Positions 57,243 to 64,000 of a stretch of DNA of 64,000 bases are shown here, one piece after another. Where the stretch lies: IMG/VR virus record IMGVR_UViG_2903109678_000002, positions 1 through 64,000 of that record; one strand, given 5' to 3'. Source of the DNA: a virus (lineage: Duplodnaviria; Caudoviricetes). The notes under the pieces are model-generated. The model saw only the letters and a list, made by a program, of their open reading frames with translations, was not told where the DNA came from and did not search any database. Position numbers and translations under genes: made by a program. How positions within the stretch are numbered: the stretch's first letter is position 1; each line of letters starts with the position of its first letter.

Positions 57243-57710
57243 CTAGAGTATAGAGTTTCCAAAAGCATCAAACCCTATGCCTTTTGCTTCGGGTAAGCTC
57301 TCCAGGGATATCCTTGTGTCTCTTCGAACGTACATATCGAAGAGCCCTAAGTCCTTTTTTCCTATGAGGTGCTTGTTGGCTCCTCTTCCCAGCCATCCGC
57401 TTACCATAGCTCCAATAAATTTCGGATGATGATGAGATTTGACGACAGGCTTGCTTTCTTGAAAGTTTTCTTTGTAAAAACGATGAAGATTTGTACGAGG
57501 ATACTTTTCATGAACATAATCCCACCAAACTGAAATCCTAATTTCACCATGCCCTACTCCGCTCCAGTTTATAACTGCAAGTTTACCTCCAATCTCGGCT
57601 ACAGCGTGGCCGGATGGTTCTCCTTCATCTTTTCCACTATCGAGGTTGATTAGACCATTAACAACTAAGTGGTTAGTGGCATGAACAAGTAGGTTTCGTA
57701 AGGCAGTCAT
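57243..57710 (-). CDS. Hypothetical moron protein
   Basis: 155-aa AT-rich ORF between the lysis and packaging genes. Confidence 0.7.
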   Translation of the reverse strand: MTALRNLLVHATNHLVVNGLINLDSGKDEGEPSGHAVAEIGGKLAVINWSGVGHGEIRISVWWDYVHEKYPRTNLHRFYKENFQESKPVVKSHHHPKFIGAMVSGWLGRGANKHLIGKKDLGLFDMYVRRDTRISLESLPEAKGIGFDAFGNSIL

Positions 57711-58009
57711 AGAAGCCTTCTCCAGGGATTCAGTTGATAGTTACCGGATGGAGAATTTTTTAACAGGAAACCTTTTGGAAAGCTAACATCTTAGGCAGCA
57801 CTCGCAAATGTGCCCTAAGATGATCGGCACAACTTGTGATGAAGTGCCAATGATTAGCTGAAGTATCTTATCGAACACCTTGATAGTGTCCAGAATCGTT
57901 CTCACGCCTTAAATTTACCTACCAATATTTAGATAGTGGTAAATTAGGCATGATTTACGCTCTTTAAATTACATCAAAAGTTAGGCTACCTAATCTCTCA
58001 CGCTGCAAA

Positions 58010-58357
58010 TTAGATCATACGCCTTTGACTTCTAAGCCTGTTTGACTCTACTTTTTTGCTTTTGAAGTCGTAAGCCCTAAGCTTCCTTTTAATAATCTTT
58101 ATAGAATATGCAATGACGCTACTCCATTCAGCACTAGCAGTCTTCATGAGGCAACTTTCAAGCATTTTAACTAAGTCTCTAAGAGCCGATTCGAATCCAG
58201 ACTTATCGTGACTAAATTTTAACCTCAACTCAATGATTACTGCATCTACATCAGCCTTGCTCTCAGAAAAACTCTCTCCCGACTGATGAGATAGAGCTAT
58301 CCTTCTGATTTTCCCAAAGAAGTAACTTAATTCTATGTTTTGATTTAACAAAGTCAC
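58010..58357 (-). CDS. Hypothetical moron protein
   Basis: 115-aa AT-rich ORF, GTG start after GAG. Confidence 0.5.
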   Translation of the reverse strand: MTLLNQNIELSYFFGKIRRIALSHQSGESFSESKADVDAVIIELRLKFSHDKSGFESALRDLVKMLESCLMKTASAEWSSVIAYSIKIIKRKLRAYDFKSKKVESNRLRSQRRMI

Positions 58358-58820
58358 CTCGACGTATGTATAAAAAAAGTAACCACACGAAACAAAAACA
58401 TTAGAAAACCAATAGTATTCTAAGAATCTCTCGGCTATAGAGGCCTACTAAATTGTACAGACTCAAACTATTTTTACTGATCAATTTTGTTTTATGCAAA
58501 ATTATCTCATTCAAATAAAGTGAATGACTTTAATGGTAAACGACCATGTAAACAATAAAACCTATCAATAACAATACTTTTAACATTAATTTTTTTGAAA
58601 ATATAACGCAAAGATATAGACAAACTGGTAATACCACTAGTTTTAAAAAAACTAAAGTTGTACATTTTTTCAAAAGCTGTATAAGTTAAAAACGTCATCA
58701 GTTTTAAAGTAACGAATGGTGCCTTGCGCCTCCTCTGAGAACTTTTTCGGATTACGCTCTCAGAGGTTTTTTTCGATGGATTTAAATCCCTTCATAAAGA
58801 ATTTAAGTAAGAAAATTCTT

Positions 58821-59123
58821 TCACCTACTCTTTAACCGATTTAATTCTATGATTCGTATAGACATTTTATCAAGGTTGCATTGAGCTAACGCGCTTAATG
58901 AAAGCACGTTAAGTTGCAGGCTCTGCGCCCAGGTCATGTTGTCGGGAATGGTGGGCTGTGGTGTGTCGGCGGTCAGCTCAATGCTGATCGGCACGTATGG
59001 CTCTTTGACGTAAACCGTTTGCGAATCCGCGCAACTGCTCAACAGCATCACTATTAATATGGGTGTTAGCGCACGTATCAGTGGAGAGTTGTTTTTGGAT
59101 AGTGATAACCCTTTCGCCAGCAT
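58821..59123 (-). CDS. o-spanin (Rz1-like lipoprotein); start uncertain
   Basis: Lipobox LLSSC, Pro-rich segment, second Cys (QCNLDK); overlaps the i-spanin gene. Confidence 0.8.
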   Translation of the reverse strand: MLAKGLSLSKNNSPLIRALTPILIVMLLSSCADSQTVYVKEPYVPISIELTADTPQPTIPDNMTWAQSLQLNVLSLSALAQCNLDKMSIRIIELNRLKSR

Positions 59124-59367
59124 CTGCCGCAACAGTCGTTTTTTCTTCATGGGTAGCTCGTGATAGATCATTAATGAGGGTTACAGCAGTTATCACGTTA
59201 TTGGTGATTGCCTCTGCTGTCGCTTTGCCCTGCTCCGCCTGTTCCTTCTGTTTAGCTAGCTCGACGTTGCTTGTGTGCTGCACTTTCACCGTTACAGCCA
59301 GGCCAATGATGAACAGAGCGAGAATGACTATCGCCACCGATCCCCACTTGATATCGGAAAGTGTCAT
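58978..59367 (-). CDS. i-spanin (Rz-like)
   Basis: N-terminal TM segment, coiled coil, C-terminal D.CA. Confidence 0.82.
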   Translation of the reverse strand: MTLSDIKWGSVAIVILALFIIGLAVTVKVQHTSNVELAKQKEQAEQGKATAEAITNNVITAVTLINDLSRATHEEKTTVAADAGERVITIQKQLSTDTCANTHINSDAVEQLRGFANGLRQRAIRADQH

Positions 59368-59903
59368 TCATCCAGTCCCCAGCACGTTAGCTCTGACTCC
59401 TGGTCCCGGCGATCAACCTGTCCGAAACAATTATTAGAGCGGATTCGGCAATCTTTCCCGCCGTCGAATATCCATTGCCTGATTGCAGCACACGCGCCTT
59501 TGCGATCACCGGCATTAAGCTTGCGATAGAACGTTGACGGCAGGCATTTGCCGGGGCCAATGTTCCACGGGCAGAACGAAGCAATGCCAACTTTCTGAGG
59601 TTCGGTCAGAGGAACGTGAACATTCCTGGCAACCCAGTCCAGCGCCTTTGCCTGTTCTGCTTTATCGATAGCATCGCATTGCGCAGCGCTTAACTTCATG
59701 CCTTCCACTACCGACTTGCCGTTAACGCGCGTAACGCCACCACAGATTGTCCAGACCCCGCCAGCGTCAGCGTATGCCGTCAGGCTTGAGCCTTCTTTCT
59801 CTTTCTGAAACTGTGACATCAGGGACGGAGCAGAAGCCCCTGCGGCTATAAGCGCCAGCATGGCGGCACTGAGACGGGTTTTAAGTTGGGTAGATACAGC
59901 CAT
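59364..59903 (-). CDS. SAR endolysin (GH24 lysozyme)
   Basis: Ala-rich N-terminal SAR segment; catalytic E-x8-D-x5-T (EGSSLTAYADAGGVWT). Confidence 0.92.
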   Translation of the reverse strand: MAVSTQLKTRLSAAMLALIAAGASAPSLMSQFQKEKEGSSLTAYADAGGVWTICGGVTRVNGKSVVEGMKLSAAQCDAIDKAEQAKALDWVARNVHVPLTEPQKVGIASFCPWNIGPGKCLPSTFYRKLNAGDRKGACAAIRQWIFDGGKDCRIRSNNCFGQVDRRDQESELTCWGLDE

Positions 59904-59905
59904 AC

Positions 59906-60148
59906 TTATTCCCCGCGTATTACTGCCTTGCCTTCACCGGCCGCTTTTTCAATGGCTCGGGTTTGACGGCGCTGAAAGTAAAAATTTGTGAAGAAAGTGG
60001 CTATACCGAGCACGATGCCGATAACCACCGCGATCTGATTCCAGTCAAGGTCATGAATCCATTGCGACACACTGCCTCCACAAACAAGTGCGCCGGACAC
60101 GCAGTAACTGACTGCGGAAGCAATTTTGTCAGGCATGATTTTTACCAT
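59906..60148 (-). CDS. Class II holin (S21-like pinholin) with dual-start motif
   Basis: M-V-K-I-M-P-D-K start, two TM segments, TNFYF, basic tail ending RGE. Confidence 0.85.
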   Translation of the reverse strand: MVKIMPDKIASAVSYCVSGALVCGGSVSQWIHDLDWNQIAVVIGIVLGIATFFTNFYFQRRQTRAIEKAAGEGKAVIRGE

Positions 60149-60337
60149 TTGGTCACCTCCGGTTGTCCGGTTGGTGCTGTTGTAGTCAGAAACCCCGAAT
60201 CTACGAGGATAAGAAGCGCCAGCAGCGCAAAGAACTTTTCACCACATCGGGAAAGACACTTAACGTTGTTGCAGCAAAGCCCACGCGCCAGCAGATGCCG
60301 GTGAGTGACAGTGTCTTTGGGGTTGTGGAGAGGGCAT

Positions 60338-60430
60338 AAAAAAACCCCGCAAGATGCGAGGCAAGATGGTAAGTTCCGAGTCTTAGAGACCACTCTTATC
60401 ACAATACACTGTAATTTGCGTACGCGTTAG
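60338..60430 (-). promoter_or_regulatory. Late promoter pR'/qut region and tR'-like terminator
   Basis: ACGCGTACGCAAA..TATTGT..TAAGAGT downstream of Q; hairpin CCTCGCA-TCT-TGCGGGG plus T7 at 60338-60361. Confidence 0.6.
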
Positions 60431-60481
60431 CTCTTATGTAAAATTTTCACAACTAACTAGACCTTACATGGATTAAATAAA

Positions 60482-61051
60482 ATGGAAATAATAAAGTACC
60501 TTATACCTTTGATAACTTTCCTCCTCGGGATGCTTTTAACTCCGTATATTGAAGGATTAAAAGAAAAAAGGAAGAATAGAATACTAAAAGATAACATTTG
60601 GATCGAGCTACATGATGAGCTGATAAACCTAAAGGGCTCTATAAAAGAAACAGACAAAAACATTTCATTTAGAAAAAATAAAATAGAAAAACTCCAGTAT
60701 TTGAACCTACCTCAAGAAATAGAGCTCCTCATTCTAAGTGATAAATTGAAAGAGATTTACCCATATCTGACTCGAGAGCAAAGACTAGCATGTAAGACAC
60801 TAATAAAACTACAAGACTCAATAAATGAAAAGCGAGAAGAAGTGATTAAAAATTATTTGGGGAGTAATAGTAGATGCCAAAGGCTTGAAGAAGCAATGCT
60901 TAAAGAAAAACTATCGATGTATTATTTAATTAATCAATTAATACATTCTAAAGACAAGTTCACTCGCCCAACTGAAAGCAATGATCACTTAATTCTTAAA
61001 GCTGCAGCGTCTCTCGACATACAAAACAAACCATCTCGAACAAATAATTAA
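60482..61051 (+). CDS. Hypothetical membrane-anchored moron protein
   Basis: Very AT-rich, opposite strand to the phage genes, N-terminal TM segment, helical body. Confidence 0.75.
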   Translation: MEIIKYLIPLITFLLGMLLTPYIEGLKEKRKNRILKDNIWIELHDELINLKGSIKETDKNISFRKNKIEKLQYLNLPQEIELLILSDKLKEIYPYLTREQRLACKTLIKLQDSINEKREEVIKNYLGSNSRCQRLEEAMLKEKLSMYYLINQLIHSKDKFTRPTESNDHLILKAAASLDIQNKPSRTNN

Positions 61052-61078
61052 AGCACCCAGTTAATGGGTGCCTATATT

Positions 61079-61423
61079 TTATATCATCATACATAGACAC
61101 CCATCAACAAAACCCATTGCTGCCTGCAACTCTTTTCTTATCGTACCATCTGAACATTTTCTTTTCTTAGCGATAGTTCTTAATGAGGCTCCAACAACAA
61201 AATGGGCAATAAGCAAATCATGCTCTTGAGATTTATATTTTTTTAGTTTAGCAATACATCTGTCAATCATAATGCCTTCATCATCATCTGATTGCACCCT
61301 CGACCGTCTGCTGTGTGGTAAAAGCCCTTTAAATCCAGCCGCAATTGGTTGCCAATCGACGCCGCTATTCTCTGAAGCAGCCCAAGCACCCCAACGCTCT
61401 AATACCTGTGACATGTCACGCAT
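61079..61423 (-). CDS. Antitermination protein Q
   Basis: VLERWGAWA, IAAGFKGL, SLRTIA, SDGTIRKEL..A.GFVDGCL. Confidence 0.9.
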   Translation of the reverse strand: MRDMSQVLERWGAWAASENSGVDWQPIAAGFKGLLPHSRRSRVQSDDDEGIMIDRCIAKLKKYKSQEHDLLIAHFVVGASLRTIAKKRKCSDGTIRKELQAAMGFVDGCLCMMI

Positions 61424-61441
61424 AATTATTCCCCACACTCA

Positions 61442-62011
61442 TTATTTTTTATCAGTCCCGAGCACGCCCACTGCAAAGACATGATCGAGAAATCGCGCCA
61501 CCAGCTCTAACTGGCTTCCGTGTTTATCTTCAAACGTTGTTACGTCCGCATGCAGTTCATCGTGATGCGCTCTGCAAAGCGGTATCACGAATATGTCATG
61601 CGCCTTTGTTGCCATACCGCCAAGGCCGTAGCCGATGACGTGATGGGGATCATCAGCTTGCTTGCCACAACACATACAGGGCTGAGTCTTTACCCATCGG
61701 GTGTACTTCTCATTTTCCCAGCGGCGGCGCTTAGGCCGCAGCATGAAGGATTCTGGTGATTCAGGGTCAACTTTTAGGGTCGTCACTGTGGAAAACGCGC
61801 CAGCAGCTACGTAATCGGGTATTTCTGCGCTATCGCCAATCGAAACGGCGTTATCCGGAATCTGACCAGATGGCAAATGCGCTAGGCATGTAGGCGCGGG
61901 TGATACCAGAACGCGGCCACGAAATAGCGGCAAGAGGTTTGGCCCCGGTTTAAACAGCACTATCCCCAGCTTTGGAGAAAGCTCAGGTGTCAGTATCGCC
62001 TTCACAGTCAC
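61442..62011 (-). CDS. DUF968/YdfU-like protein, short form
   Basis: VDPESPESFMLRPKRRRW, PCMCCG..ADDPHH, PLCRAHHDELH. Confidence 0.8.
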   Translation of the reverse strand: MTVKAILTPELSPKLGIVLFKPGPNLLPLFRGRVLVSPAPTCLAHLPSGQIPDNAVSIGDSAEIPDYVAAGAFSTVTTLKVDPESPESFMLRPKRRRWENEKYTRWVKTQPCMCCGKQADDPHHVIGYGLGGMATKAHDIFVIPLCRAHHDELHADVTTFEDKHGSQLELVARFLDHVFAVGVLGTDKK

Positions 62012-62012
62012 C

Positions 62013-62792
62013 TCAGCACACGTTATCTAACAGGCGAAGCAACTCGGGGAATTTTGACTCGAAGAAATGCGGCTGTGTTTCCCGTGGATTAGCCGGGCTG
62101 GTGATGTTCTTCCCGTACAAGCAGCCTTTTGAGGTAAGCGACCAGAACGATTTAACCCCGCCAGGACCGGACTTGCTGTTACGCGTTTTATGCTCAGCAA
62201 TCCCCAAGCGCACCAGTTGATGATAAACGCTGTTCGCCGTCACTCTCATACCATTGGCTTTCAGCAAAGCACTCAGTGACTGTGTGGGCCTGCTTGAGCC
62301 GTCCACAGCGTCTGCCGGGGCATCAATGGCGTAACTCGGCATCAGGTTTGGCAAGCCTGCGACCTGCTGAAGCTTCTGGAAAGCGCCGAGCTTAGATGAG
62401 TTGGACAGGTTGAGTAGCTTTGAAGCTGACTCCAGCAGGATAACACCTGCCTGAATACGATCTGCCACTACAGGGTTGCTGGAAGAGCCCTGGCTAATGA
62501 GCGCATCAAAGGTGCGGATCACTTTGAGGTTGAAGGCGGGACTGATCCACATGGCATACGAGTAGACCAGCTCTTTGCATACGAACGTCCCCTGATTGCT
62601 GCCACCTTTCACGACCGTTACGGGAATTCCCGTATCGCTCAGTAAATCGACAACCTCTTTGGTCTGCTTGAGGCGCAGCCAGTCATGCGGGTCATTGCGG
62701 CGTTCTGCGCCAGCGGCTTTATGAAGATCATTAAGGCAATAACGGCCAGCGTTGTCCTGACGTACAGGTACGCTATCAATCACTAGATTCAT
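62013..62792 (-). CDS. KilA-N domain DNA-binding (antirepressor-like) protein
   Basis: VRQD..GRYCLNDLHKAAG, QGTFVCKELVYSYAMWISP.F.LKVI. Confidence 0.88.
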   Translation of the reverse strand: MNLVIDSVPVRQDNAGRYCLNDLHKAAGAERRNDPHDWLRLKQTKEVVDLLSDTGIPVTVVKGGSNQGTFVCKELVYSYAMWISPAFNLKVIRTFDALISQGSSSNPVVADRIQAGVILLESASKLLNLSNSSKLGAFQKLQQVAGLPNLMPSYAIDAPADAVDGSSRPTQSLSALLKANGMRVTANSVYHQLVRLGIAEHKTRNSKSGPGGVKSFWSLTSKGCLYGKNITSPANPRETQPHFFESKFPELLRLLDNVC

Positions 62793-63386
62793 ATTGGTGC
62801 TCCACACTCGTTTTTATCCGGCCTCGCCTCTTCGTCTGCAAACAAACGAGGCCTACCTTTGCGCCAGCGACTGCAATCACTGGATGCGTATACATATTAA
62901 CGGGTAACCACCCTTTAACCAAGACTGGTCATGGCATTTTCTCACCATCGGATGGTAAGATTCTCACATCGGCTTAACACCTAGGTGTCCAGTATCTTCA
63001 TCCCGTTAATGTGGTACTCTCTAAAATGCTCGTCAATGGTTTGAAAAGTGAATGCGCCAATGTCAGCTTTGAGCCAGAAGCGGCTAGTAAGCCCAAAGGG
63101 AAATATCGGTTAATACTGCAACTTGTAGTACAAAAATTATATGTTTATCGAATTAAAAATGAATATGGCATCTACTCAACGCACAGGCACTAAAGGTAAG
63201 GGGTTTTCGTATTCTGCCTCCTTTACTAAACATTAGGAATTTGAGCTATGTGTATGAGATGGTGAAGTTTGAGGTAAGTTAAAGGATTCAACGCAGCCTT
63301 GCTGGTCCGGGTTCTAAAAAACGAGAGAAGCCGGAATCAAGACTGAATGCTAACAGTAGCCATCAATCAACATGGAGATAGGTTTT

Positions 63387-64000
63387 ATGGCAGTGGAAAA
63401 TCCAGAAGGACTCAAAAAATTCCTTCATGAGCTAAAAGAAGATACGCCCTCAAGCCCAATATCAGTGCGAGATTTTATAAGCTTGTTTGGCGCCGAACGC
63501 CGAGGATACATGGTTGCGTACAAAATTCGCAAAGAATTAGAAAACTTAGGTTTTATAACCAAACCTGATTTTGATAGTGTCCCGCTGGATTCAAAAATTA
63601 CTATTCATGCATATCAAGCAAATGACGCAATACCTCACGAAGCAGATGGATGCTTAGACGAAGCGGCCGAATCAAGTAATACTGAATTAGCTGCGCTTGA
63701 AACAGGACTTCTGCCGCAAGATCAATTAATTTCCGGTGCAGTTTCCGAGCCAGCCTTCCGAGTTAGCCGACTCGAAGCATCAGATGTTACATTAGTGACG
63801 GTAAAACCTGATGCTACATTAACAGAAGCCATCACATTGATGCTACGTCATGACTACTCTCAGTTACCTGTAATGACCAGTGAGCGAGATGTGAAAGGTG
63901 TTATTAGTTGGGAAAGCATTGCTCCAGTTCTGGCGTTGACCAAATCCGAATCGGCAGTTGTGAGAAATTATATGAAGCCGCACAGGGAAATAAACGCCAG
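63387..64000 (+). CDS. CBS-domain protein, truncated by the window end (absent from the ORF track)
   Basis: Open frame from an ATG after GGAG: MAVENPEG...VTVKPDATLTEAITLMLRHDYSQLPVM...VKGVISWESI...VRNYMKP. Confidence 0.82.
   Translation, partial: MAVENPEGLKKFLHELKEDTPSSPISVRDFISLFGAERRGYMVAYKIRKELENLGFITKPDFDSVPLDSKITIHAYQANDAIPHEADGCLDEAAESSNTELAALETGLLPQDQLISGAVSEPAFRVSRLEASDVTLVTVKPDATLTEAITLMLRHDYSQLPVMTSERDVKGVISWESIAPVLALTKSESAVVRNYMKPHREINA

Noticed and set aside
60142-60402. 86-aa ORF upstream of the holin
   Set aside because: It spans the late promoter and terminator region and has no recognisable protein features.
62820-62855. GGCCTCG...CGAGGCC hairpin upstream of the KilA-N gene as a named regulatory RNA
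   Set aside because: The stem is real, but I cannot assign it to any RNA family without a covariance search.

Overview
The window has two halves. (1) Positions 1-30235, all on the minus strand, hold an Afp/PVC-type extracellular contractile injection system (eCIS) with tube x2, spike, PAAR-like tip, baseplate, tape measure, fibre, cap and AAA+ ATPase. It departs from the textbook Afp/PVC layout in several ways. It has seven sheath genes (three Afp2-like, three Afp3-like, one Afp4-like). Two extra Afp2-like sheaths sit where toxin cargo genes usually lie: one is fused to a predicted 7-bladed FG-GAP-like beta-propeller, and the other ends in (Pro-Glu)17 with an in-frame decayed remnant of the same propeller just past its stop codon. 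The tape measure carries a basic 117-bp tandem repeat. The first gene is a TibC/Aah-type protein O-heptosyltransferase with no autotransporter in the window, preceded by ops-like and RcsAB-like motifs. My inference is a possibly glycosylated eCIS that displays adhesin-like domains on its sheath. (2) Positions 31143-64000 hold the late half of a lambdoid prophage (HK97-type head, lambda-type tail), bounded by the 3' half of tRNA-Leu(UAA) as att site. It carries several morons, including a secreted stand-alone TonB C-terminal domain and a truncated CBS-domain ORF. All calls come from reading motifs by eye; no database searches were run, and both elements may extend beyond the window.
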